Under the pieces are notes generated by a model that saw nothing but the letters and a program-made list of their open reading frames with translations, did not search any database and was not told where the DNA came from. Positions 19,009 to 27,169 of a stretch of 64,000 bases of DNA are shown here, piece after piece (within the stretch, counting starts at the first letter, position 1; the number at the start of each line of letters is the position of its first letter). A program made the position numbers and the translations under genes. The stretch is from Actinomycetota bacterium. Its GTDB lineage: Bacteria > Actinomycetota > Acidimicrobiia > IMCC26256 > PALSA-555. The stretch covers positions 9,963 to 73,962 of the forward strand of contig PLJD01000015.1 in NCBI GenBank assembly GCA_003140175.1, written 5' to 3'.

Positions 19009-19853
19009 TCCGAGGCTGGCAAGCCCCCGTCCGTGATGGTGCGCGCGATGGGAGCAAACCGGAAGCGGATACAAGCCCGAAGCCACGTCGGAGGATCGCG
19101 GAACAGGCGAACCTTCTTGCCAGAGGCGAACGACCGTGCCGAGTACGTCACGGGCACCTCAAGCGGCGAGTAGCCCAGGCGGATCATCTTGGCGACGAGC
19201 TCCCAGTCGAAGTCGAAGCGATCGGACTCGAACTCGATACCTTCGACACATTCACGACGGAACACCTTGTACATGGTGAACGGATCGTGGAGGCGAACGC
19301 CGTAGAAGACGTCGAAGAGCACGGTGAATCCCCAGTGGGCCGAGTTGATGACCCAGCCGAGGACCCGGTTCTCGCGCATCACGCGCATCGGCTGTCCCGG
19401 GACGTGGCGACAGCCCAGGGTGAAGTCGACTCGCCCCGCGGTGATCGGCGCGAGCAGTGCTGGATAGTCCTCGACCGAGTACTCGAGGTCGGCGTCTTGG
19501 ATGAGCAGGATCTCGCCGGTGACATGTTTGAGCGCCTCGCGGACTGCGTGGCCTTTCCCGCGCGGCTCGGGCTCGTAGAAGATTCGGATCCCTGGCGTGC
19601 CCTCGAACTTGGCGACGAGCTCGCGGCTTCCGTCCGTCGAGTTGCTCTCGACGATGACGATGTCGATCTGCGTGTCGGGGAGGTCTAGCTCGCGGACCCG
19701 TTCAATCGCCTCTTGAACGGTCTCGGCCTCGTTGAAGACGGGCATGATGACGCTGAGTGTCGTCGGCGCGGTCGGTGGCGAAGGGAACCTTGATCCCGAG
19801 TCACGACGCCGGCTGCGCCGCCAGGGCGGTCGCCGGGATGGATTCGATTTCAT
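18966..19853 (-). CDS. GT2 polyprenyl-phosphate glycosyltransferase (DPM1/GtrB-like catalytic domain, no C-terminal TM helices)
   Basis: SVIMPVFNEAETV, IVIVESNSTDGS and DxD in IQDADLEYS. Directly downstream of the YfhO gene on the same strand. The 3' end overlaps the convergent methyltransferase gene by 43 nt. Confidence 0.78.
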   Translation of the reverse strand: MKSNPSRRPPWRRSRRRDSGSRFPSPPTAPTTLSVIMPVFNEAETVQEAIERVRELDLPDTQIDIVIVESNSTDGSRELVAKFEGTPGIRIFYEPEPRGKGHAVREALKHVTGEILLIQDADLEYSVEDYPALLAPITAGRVDFTLGCRHVPGQPMRVMRENRVLGWVINSAHWGFTVLFDVFYGVRLHDPFTMYKVFRRECVEGIEFESDRFDFDWELVAKMIRLGYSPLEVPVTYSARSFASGKKVRLFRDPPTWLRACIRFRFAPIARTITDGGLPASDQAELSSSPREPTG

Positions 19854-20057
19854 GAAGATGACTGCCCAGGGTGGTCGTGCCTCGAGAGAACCGAGGTCGT
19901 GCGGGACGAGGGCGCCGACGGCACCGGGGATGCTAGCGGCGCCGAGAGGATCCCGACACCTGAGCGACGCCCCGAGTGGGGCCCTCGAACGGCGGCCGGG
20001 CGCCAGGAGGCACGGCCTGGGCGTTGGGTGGGACAGAGGGAGGGCCGAGGGCGTCGC

Positions 20058-22565
20058 TCAGGACGACTGCGGGCGACGCCGCGCGAGCCGGCTCCCCCAG
20101 ATGGCGCCGCGCCGGCGAAACGGCCGGAACATGGTGGCTGCGAGCCCGATCAGGGCGAGGATCCCGAGCACCAGGAACACGACGCCCAGTTTGAACGACG
20201 ATGGTTGGTACTCGAACACGACGGTGGATCGCCCGGCTGGGACTGACACCCCGCGGAGCGCCACGTCGGTCGGATAGATGCTGGACGGGTGGCCGTTCAC
20301 GGTTGCCGTCCAGCCGGGGTAGTACTCGTCGCTGAGAACCAATAAGCCCGCGCAGCTCGCCGAGACGCTCACCGTGACCTTGTTGGCCTGGTAGGACTCG
20401 ATGCGGGTGCTGTCGGTATTGGTCGCGCACGGCTGAGACTGCGGTACCGGATCGTGTTGGCCTTCGATCACGGCGATTTGTCGCGGGTTCTTCCGTTCCA
20501 CGTCTACGGACTTGTTCGAGAAGTGGGGTTCACCCGATTTCAGGAAGTTCAGGGCTGCGGTCTCGTTGGGGACGGCCTGAACGTCGTGGACGAGGAACGC
20601 TCGGGGCGCGGCGTCGGTGTTCTTGTACACCACGACGCCGTCCGCTCGGTACACGATCTGGAACTGTGGGGAGGCGGCCGGTGCAGTCGGACTGACGCAG
20701 GTTGGATCAGCGAATCGGTTGCACGTGGTGTCGTACAAGATGTAGCGAATGCCCAGGAGGTCGAACATGCTGTTGTCGGCTACCGCGGGCGCGCTCTCGA
20801 AGAGGGCGACCGCGTTGAATCGGTCGACAATGCCGGCGGAGAGAAAGGTCTGGATGTAACGCCAGTACCGGTCGACGTAGAGCGCATCCACCATCCGCGG
20901 GTCGTACAGGCCATATACACCGGACGTGTCGGGGTACAGCACCCCGTCCGGGCTGAAGATCCGGGATCCGTCCTTCGTGTTGTCGCGGACGAAGTTGATC
21001 CAGCTCTTGGAGGGATAGGGGCTTTGGCGCGGTTCGTAGATTCCCCGTGGTGCCACGGCGACGACTTCGAGGATGACGACGAAGAGGATCAGGAGGGTGG
21101 CGGCGCGGGGGGCGAGCAGGAGAATTGCCGCGGCCACGGTCGCCGCAACGAGAATGCCGAGCGGCCAACCACCGAGGACGGACACGTCATGGCCGAGCGC
21201 CACTGGGCGATGGGTGGCGATGACGAAGATGAGGGCGACCACCGCGACGGCCGCGACCGCGACTGCGAATCGGGCCTTGACCAGCTCTCCGTCGAGGAGT
21301 GTCTGCAGCCCCACTCCGGCGAGGAGCGCGACGACGAGCGCGATGACCGGCGTCCCGTAAACGGGCCAGAGCACCTGCGACCAGACCGGGAGGAACCGCG
21401 TCCAGCCGACCAGCCGTCCGCCGTAGATCTGAACGATAACGACACCACCCGTGGCGAGGAGGGGCCAGCCGGCGTACCGACGTAAGGCGCGGGGGTGCAG
21501 GACCGCCGTCCCGGCCAGCAGGACGGCGCCGACCCCGACCCAGTTGCGGGAGTAGGCGTACGTGGTCCCCGATGTCGCGTTGATCTTCGGCATCATCCAG
21601 TTGAGGAAGACGCCGATTGGGTCGGTGTGGGGTGGTGTATTGCCCAGATTGGCGTGCGTATTGAACGACAGCGGTACGTACTCATGGAAGAGCGCAAGCT
21701 GCGGAGCGGCGAGGGCAAGTCCAACGCCGGCTCCGAAGAGGAGTCGAGCCGCGGTGCGGGGGCGGGTCTGTGCCTGATCACCGACGAACAGTCGAACCGC
21801 AGAGAAGATCCCGGCGGCCACGAGGATGATGAACATCGGCTCTGGCATGCCCACCAGCACCATCGCCGCGATCGAGACGCTGAGCAGCGCGACTGGCAGA
21901 CGGTGGTCGGTCCGTACCGACCGCTCGATGCACGCGAGGATGAGTGGGAGGAAGAGAAATATTCGAAACCATTGATTGTTGCTGTAGACGAAGAACCACC
22001 CGGACAGCCCATAGACGCTGCCGCTCATGGTCGCGGCGATCGGTCCGAGGCCGAACACTCGTGCTGCAACGTACGCTCCGCATCCCATGAGGAGCAGACC
22101 GAACAGTGCCGTGAGATCCGCGACGAGCGGAGTTGGATGGAGATGCAGCGGGAGCAGCATGGGGTCGAAGACCGCGCTCTGTAGGTTCGCGGCGAGCGGC
22201 ATGCCGATGCCCTGATAGGGGTTCCACAGGGGGAGTTGACCGTCCGAGAGGAGCCGATGCGTGACTTGATCCCACGGTTCCAGCGCCACCGATGATGCTG
22301 TGGGATCGCCGCGTGGGTCGCCGCTGATCAGGCCGCGACACTGACCTGGCGTGCCGCATCCCTGGACCCCGGCGATTTGGCTCGCGGTGCTGAAGGTCCG
22401 GCCCTCGAAGGGGACCTGGAAGTACCCGACGAGGATCACGATGCAGACGATCGTGACGCCGAGTAGGTCGAGCCACAGGCCGCGACGCCAGCTGCGGTCG
22501 CGGTCGGTGCGTCGGGCCGCCGGAGTGTCGTCGGGCTCTCCGTCGCGAACGCGTAGTGGATTCAT
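20058..22565 (-). CDS. YfhO-family GT-C-fold membrane glycosyltransferase
   Basis: 835 aa with many TM helices. The C-terminal block YYPGWTATVNGHPSSIYPTDVALRGVSVPAGRSTVVFEYQP, followed by one final TM, is the pattern I associate with YfhO proteins. Confidence 0.75.
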   Translation of the reverse strand: MNPLRVRDGEPDDTPAARRTDRDRSWRRGLWLDLLGVTIVCIVILVGYFQVPFEGRTFSTASQIAGVQGCGTPGQCRGLISGDPRGDPTASSVALEPWDQVTHRLLSDGQLPLWNPYQGIGMPLAANLQSAVFDPMLLPLHLHPTPLVADLTALFGLLLMGCGAYVAARVFGLGPIAATMSGSVYGLSGWFFVYSNNQWFRIFLFLPLILACIERSVRTDHRLPVALLSVSIAAMVLVGMPEPMFIILVAAGIFSAVRLFVGDQAQTRPRTAARLLFGAGVGLALAAPQLALFHEYVPLSFNTHANLGNTPPHTDPIGVFLNWMMPKINATSGTTYAYSRNWVGVGAVLLAGTAVLHPRALRRYAGWPLLATGGVVIVQIYGGRLVGWTRFLPVWSQVLWPVYGTPVIALVVALLAGVGLQTLLDGELVKARFAVAVAAVAVVALIFVIATHRPVALGHDVSVLGGWPLGILVAATVAAAILLLAPRAATLLILFVVILEVVAVAPRGIYEPRQSPYPSKSWINFVRDNTKDGSRIFSPDGVLYPDTSGVYGLYDPRMVDALYVDRYWRYIQTFLSAGIVDRFNAVALFESAPAVADNSMFDLLGIRYILYDTTCNRFADPTCVSPTAPAASPQFQIVYRADGVVVYKNTDAAPRAFLVHDVQAVPNETAALNFLKSGEPHFSNKSVDVERKNPRQIAVIEGQHDPVPQSQPCATNTDSTRIESYQANKVTVSVSASCAGLLVLSDEYYPGWTATVNGHPSSIYPTDVALRGVSVPAGRSTVVFEYQPSSFKLGVVFLVLGILALIGLAATMFRPFRRRGAIWGSRLARRRPQSS

Positions 22566-22786
22566 GAGATTGAACCTGTCGCGTGCGAGGGAACTCGCGG
22601 GCGTGCTCGAAGAGCGCCGTATCCTAGCCTCGTGTCAAATCGCGCCGGCAACCGTGCGACCACCGCGGGTGGTGTTCGCGGGCGTGACGGCTCGGAGGCG
22701 GGACGTTCGGTCCACGACCGAGCCGTCGGGCTGAGCATCGTCGGGGTCCGCCAGCGAACCGGCAGCGGCCGCAGCGGCCCGGTGTG

Positions 22787-23347
22787 ATGGCACGGCGCCG
22801 GGCAGTGTTTCTCGATCGGGACGGGGTGCTGAACGAGTCGCGCGGGGGGGCCGCGTCGCCCCATCGGATGGAGGACCTGCAGATCTCGTCCGAGGCTCGC
22901 GACGTGGTGAATCGGATCCAGCAGCGCGGGTTTCTCACCGTGATCGTGACCAACCAGCCCGACGTCGCTCGCGGGCAGATGACGCTGGACGACGCTCTCG
23001 AGATCAGCGACCGCGTGCGCAGTGCAACCGGGGCGGATGCAGCGTATCTGTGCGCTCATGATTCCGGTGATGCATGCTCGTGTCGAAAGCCGAAGCCCGG
23101 GATGTTGTTGCAAGCCGCGCGGGAGCACAGCATCGATCTTGTGGGCTCTTGGCTCATCGGAGATCGTTGGGTCGATGTTGCGGCGGCGAAGGCTGCCGGG
23201 GTGCGATCCGTGCTCCTGGAGCGCGAGTACAGCTGGTTACCGACGAGCGCAGGTCCGCCGCCGCCCGGCCTCCGCCCTGCCCACCGGGCGTCAACGCTGA
23301 CGGGCTGCGTCGATCTCGTGCTCGCTGAGTCCGTCGACGAGGACTAG
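22787..23347 (+). CDS. gmhB: D-glycero-D-manno-heptose-1,7-bisphosphate 7-phosphatase (HAD-IIIA)
   Basis: FLDRDGVLNE (DxDG), VTNQPDVARG, Zn/Cys block CAHDSGDACSCRKPKPGML, and GDRWVDVAAAKAAG. GTG 22784 is an alternative start. Confidence 0.85.
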   Translation: MARRRAVFLDRDGVLNESRGGAASPHRMEDLQISSEARDVVNRIQQRGFLTVIVTNQPDVARGQMTLDDALEISDRVRSATGADAAYLCAHDSGDACSCRKPKPGMLLQAAREHSIDLVGSWLIGDRWVDVAAAKAAGVRSVLLEREYSWLPTSAGPPPPGLRPAHRASTLTGCVDLVLAESVDED

Positions 23348-23483
23348 TCCGGTGCGGACCGACACCGGCCAAGGTCCCTCCAGCGGAGACGCCGGCGGTC
23401 GCGCAGCGGCGACGGGTGCCACCCGCGCCCCGCGGTGCCGGTGGAAGCGGACTCTGGGGGTTAAACGGAGAAGCCGGTGAGCG

Positions 23484-24197
23484 TTAGAGCGAGTATCCCG
23501 ATAGCTCTGCATCCCGAGCGAACATCTTGACGGTGTCGAGGGAAACCTCCACCGGGTCGCGGCCGAGCCCGGGCAGCTTCTTGAGCAGCTCGTGGGTGAC
23601 CGTGATGACGTGACAGCCGATCGCAGCCGCCTGCGCGACATTGAGAATCTCGCGCGGGCTCGCCCAGATGAGCTCGAGATTCTTGTAGGGCGCGAGGATC
23701 TCGAGGGCCTCGACCATCACGGGCAGAGGATCTGATCCGGTATCCGCGATCCGTCCCGCAAACACCGAGACGTACGCGTGCGGTGCATCGACCAGCGCAC
23801 CGGCGACCTCACGGACCTGATCGGCAGTGAGCAGGGCAGTGACGTTGAGCTTCACGCCCGATCCAGCGAGCGAACGCTGGACCGCCACGGTGCTGTTTCC
23901 CAGCGTGTCGGTCACCGGGATCTTCACGTGAACGTGCTCACCCCACGACGAGATCTTCAACGCTTGCTCGACCATCCCGTCAGGCTCGTTCGAAAACACC
24001 TCGAACGAGATTGGCCGATCGGGTACGAGATCCACCATGTCAACCGCAAACGACTCGTAGTCCTCGACACCCGCGGCGCGCATCAGGGTTGGGTTCGTCG
24101 TAAATCCACGGATCACCGGATTGGATCTCAACTCGAGGATCCCATTGCGGTCGGCACCATCTGCGAACACTTGGGTGACGCCTAGGTCGAAATCCAT
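23484..24197 (-). CDS. short transaldolase / fructose-6-phosphate aldolase family protein
   Basis: GFTTNPTL and the Schiff-base lysine block VHVKIPVT. About 237 aa from MDFDLGV (ATG 24197). The ORF opens 21 nt upstream at 24218. Confidence 0.82.
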   Translation of the reverse strand: MDFDLGVTQVFADGADRNGILELRSNPVIRGFTTNPTLMRAAGVEDYESFAVDMVDLVPDRPISFEVFSNEPDGMVEQALKISSWGEHVHVKIPVTDTLGNSTVAVQRSLAGSGVKLNVTALLTADQVREVAGALVDAPHAYVSVFAGRIADTGSDPLPVMVEALEILAPYKNLELIWASPREILNVAQAAAIGCHVITVTHELLKKLPGLGRDPVEVSLDTVKMFARDAELSGYSL

Positions 24198-24229
24198 CGT
24201 GCCCTCCAGGAACAACAACTCTCCGGTAG

Positions 24230-24239
24230 CACTATAGTG
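24230..24239. promoter_or_regulatory. perfect 10-bp palindrome CACTATAGTG presenting TATAGT on both strands in a divergent intergenic region
   Basis: Read directly at 24230..24239, between the transaldolase gene (-) and the SDR operon (+). It is the only AT-rich hexamer in this spacer. Could be a bidirectional -10 or an operator. Confidence 0.3.
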
Positions 24240-24354
24240 ACGCGGTCGAGTTTGGCCTGCCGTACGACCAGGTCAGCGGGGGTCAGCCACCCTGCCTCAC
24301 CACGCGGCCCTCCGACCCTCGCCGCCGTCACTGGACCAGGAGCTTCTCGACCAG

Positions 24355-25236
24355 GTGCCGACCCAGTTGCACGATCAGACTTGCGTGATCACCGGCGCCA
24401 GCCGGGGAATCGGCCGAGTCATCGCCGGGCGCCTCGCGGCCGGCGGGGCGCGCCTGGTCCTGTGCTCCCGCAGTCAGGCGGAGCTCGAGCGCACCGCTGC
24501 CGACATCGTCGAGCGGTACGGAGTCGAGGTCAGGACGGAGCCGACCGACGTGACGGATCTGGGGGCGCTGTCCGAGCTCGCCTCGAGCGTCGAACGCCGC
24601 GGGCCAACCTCTACCCTGATCAACTGCGCGGCCGTCTTGGGCCCAGTCGGACGGATCGACCAGGTCGACCAGGAACGCTGGCGACACGCCCTGACCACCA
24701 ATCTCGGAGGTACCGCCGCGGCGTGCGCAGCGTTCGTACCTCAGATGATCGCGGGTGGTGGGGGTTCGATCGTGAACCTGTCCGGCGGCGGGATCGGTGG
24801 ACCAAATCTTCCGGGGAGGATCAGCGCGTACACGGCTTCGAAGGCCGGGGTCGCGGCACTCACCGAGTCGCTCGGCGAAGAACTGGCACCACATGGCATC
24901 CGTATCAACGCGGTGGCACCAGGTCCCGTCGGCACCGGATTCATGCGAGAGGTGCTGGACGCGGGACCAGAGGGAGCCGGCGCCGACCTGTACCGCAGCA
25001 CGGTTCGCCAGCAGGACGTGACCGAGCCCAGCGAGCAACTCCTCGACCTCGTGGAGTTCATCGTGTCGCCCGAATCGAGTCCCCTGACCGGCAAGCTGTT
25101 GAGCGCACGGTGGGATGACTTGGACAGTCTGCGCGCCCACGTCGCGGACCTGTCCCGCTCCTCCACGTACAACCTGCGTCGTATCGATGGGACCCTGTTT
25201 TCTGAGGCCGATACCGGGTCGGGATCCTCGCCATGA
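24355..25236 (+). CDS. SDR-family oxidoreductase with C-terminal extension
   Basis: VITGASRGIG, NCAA, and YTASKAGV (YxxxK). About 45 extra C-terminal residues. GTG start. Confidence 0.85.
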   Translation: MPTQLHDQTCVITGASRGIGRVIAGRLAAGGARLVLCSRSQAELERTAADIVERYGVEVRTEPTDVTDLGALSELASSVERRGPTSTLINCAAVLGPVGRIDQVDQERWRHALTTNLGGTAAACAAFVPQMIAGGGGSIVNLSGGGIGGPNLPGRISAYTASKAGVAALTESLGEELAPHGIRINAVAPGPVGTGFMREVLDAGPEGAGADLYRSTVRQQDVTEPSEQLLDLVEFIVSPESSPLTGKLLSARWDDLDSLRAHVADLSRSSTYNLRRIDGTLFSEADTGSGSSP

Positions 25237-26231
25237 CGGTCGGTGTCGGGATCATCGGCTGCGGACTGGTCGGTCGAAAGCGGGCTGCCGCATTGCCGAC
25301 GGGAGCCCGGCTCGTCAGTGTGTTCGACCAGGACCGAGCCCGCGCCGCTGAGCTGATTGCGGGCCGGGTTGAGGACGTCGATCGTGCGACGACGGTGGAG
25401 CAACTGCTCGGTCGGGATGACCTCGACCTCGTCGTCATCGCAACGCCGCATCGAGACCTGGCTGGCCTCTCAGCTGCGGCATTGGACGCGGGCAAACATG
25501 TCTTGGTCGAGAAGCCAGGTGCCATCGACGTCGCCGAGGCTCGACTCGTCGCGCAGCACGCCGTGTCGGGGCAGCGGCTTGTGCGCGTCGGCTTCAACCA
25601 TCGTTTTCACCCGTCATTTCGTGAGGCCAAGCAGATCATCGATCGGAACGAGTACGGCCGTGTCCTCCATATTCGAGGTCGGTACGGACACGGCGGCAGG
25701 CTCGGATACGAGCGGGAATGGCGAGCAGATCCCGTCCTGTCCGGCGGCGGTGAGCTGATCGACCAGGGCATCCATCTCATTGACCTGACCAGGTACCTGA
25801 CCGGGGATGTGGAACTCGCTTTCAGCGCTCTCCGGACGGAGTTTTGGGCGATGGCGGTGGAAGACAATGCCTTCATCGCCCTTCGTAGTCTCTCCGGGAC
25901 TGTCGCATGGCTCCACGCCTCCTGGACGGAGTGGAAGAACCTGTTCTCGTTCGAACTGATGCTCGAGCGTGCCAAGTTGGAGGTCACTGGGCTCGGAGGG
26001 AGCTATGGCGTCGAGACGCTGACCATCTACGAAATGCTTCCCGAGATGGGGCCGCCGCGCAGTCGAACCCAGGAATGGGCGCACGAGGACACATCCTGGG
26101 GTGCAGAACTGACTGATGTCCTGGGAGAGATCGGCGGGCAGCCGAGGGTCGGTTCGAATATCGACGACGCAGTGGCCGCATTGTCGATTGTCGATGCGGC
26201 CTACCGGTCGCGAGACGACGGTCAGCCATGA
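25233..26231 (+). CDS. Gfo/Idh/MocA-family oxidoreductase
   Basis: Rossmann VGIIGCGLVGRKR and VLVEKPGA. 4-nt overlap with both the upstream SDR and the downstream methyltransferase. Confidence 0.85.
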   Translation: MTVGVGIIGCGLVGRKRAAALPTGARLVSVFDQDRARAAELIAGRVEDVDRATTVEQLLGRDDLDLVVIATPHRDLAGLSAAALDAGKHVLVEKPGAIDVAEARLVAQHAVSGQRLVRVGFNHRFHPSFREAKQIIDRNEYGRVLHIRGRYGHGGRLGYEREWRADPVLSGGGELIDQGIHLIDLTRYLTGDVELAFSALRTEFWAMAVEDNAFIALRSLSGTVAWLHASWTEWKNLFSFELMLERAKLEVTGLGGSYGVETLTIYEMLPEMGPPRSRTQEWAHEDTSWGAELTDVLGEIGGQPRVGSNIDDAVAALSIVDAAYRSRDDGQP

Positions 26232-27103
26232 GCTCGCCGGAAGTCGGGGCGGGCAGCACCTGTCCCGCTTGTCACGGTGAGACGATACGCCTCGTGAGAT
26301 CGGGAGCCTTTGGCCGATCAGACCTTGTCCGGTGTCGCACCTGCCGAACAGAGTTTCTGGTTCCCCAGCCCAGCGATGATCGACTCTCCGAGATTTACGG
26401 AGCTGACTACTACGAGCCGTGGACGGTCGAGGATGGTCGCATCGTCGACGTGATGAAGCAGCTGACGTTCCAGCCGCTGCTCGACGCCTGTCGAATTGAG
26501 GCTGGGGCTGCACTGTTGGACCTCGGGTGTGCGACGGGAGCCTTTCTCGCCGAGGCCGCTCAGCGCGGCGCGCAGACCTACGGAATCGATCTGAATCCAG
26601 TGGCGATTGCTCAAGCCCAGCAACGGGTGCCGGAGGCCAGACTCCATGCGGGCCGCACGGACGATCAGCCGTTCCGAGGAGTCGACTTCGATGCCGTGGT
26701 GATGATCGACTTTCTCGAGCACGTTCGCGACCCGGAAGCCGAGCTCGCGATTGTGAGGGAGCGCATGCGACCCGGCGCCAGGCTCGTCATCTCGACACCC
26801 TGTGTCGACTCGGTGCTACGTGACCTGATGCAGAGGAACTGGCCCCAGTATCGGGAAGAGCATCTCACCTACTTCTCGCGCCGAGGTATTACTCAGCTGC
26901 TTCAGCAGTGCGGACTGCGGGTTGAGAGCATGGGTCCGACCCGCAAGGCCCTGACGCTCGCGTATGCACACGGCCAGATGAAGGCGTATCCGGTGCCCGT
27001 CGTCGGTCTCACCGTGGCTGTCACCTACCGACTCCTTCCCATGCTTCGGCATCGCCCCGTGCGATTCAGACTTGGGGAGATGACAGTGGTCGCTCGGTCG
27101 TAG
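26228..27103 (+). CDS. class I SAM-dependent methyltransferase with N-terminal zinc-ribbon
   Basis: CPAC...CRTC N-terminus. LDLGCATGAF and IDFLEHVRDP. Same architecture as 18127..19008. Confidence 0.8.
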   Translation: MSSPEVGAGSTCPACHGETIRLVRSGAFGRSDLVRCRTCRTEFLVPQPSDDRLSEIYGADYYEPWTVEDGRIVDVMKQLTFQPLLDACRIEAGAALLDLGCATGAFLAEAAQRGAQTYGIDLNPVAIAQAQQRVPEARLHAGRTDDQPFRGVDFDAVVMIDFLEHVRDPEAELAIVRERMRPGARLVISTPCVDSVLRDLMQRNWPQYREEHLTYFSRRGITQLLQQCGLRVESMGPTRKALTLAYAHGQMKAYPVPVVGLTVAVTYRLLPMLRHRPVRFRLGEMTVVARS

Positions 27104-27169
27104 CCGGTGGACCGGTGGGTCGCCCTCGGGCTGCTCGGAGTCCAGCCTTTCAGACCGGACTGGAACCCA

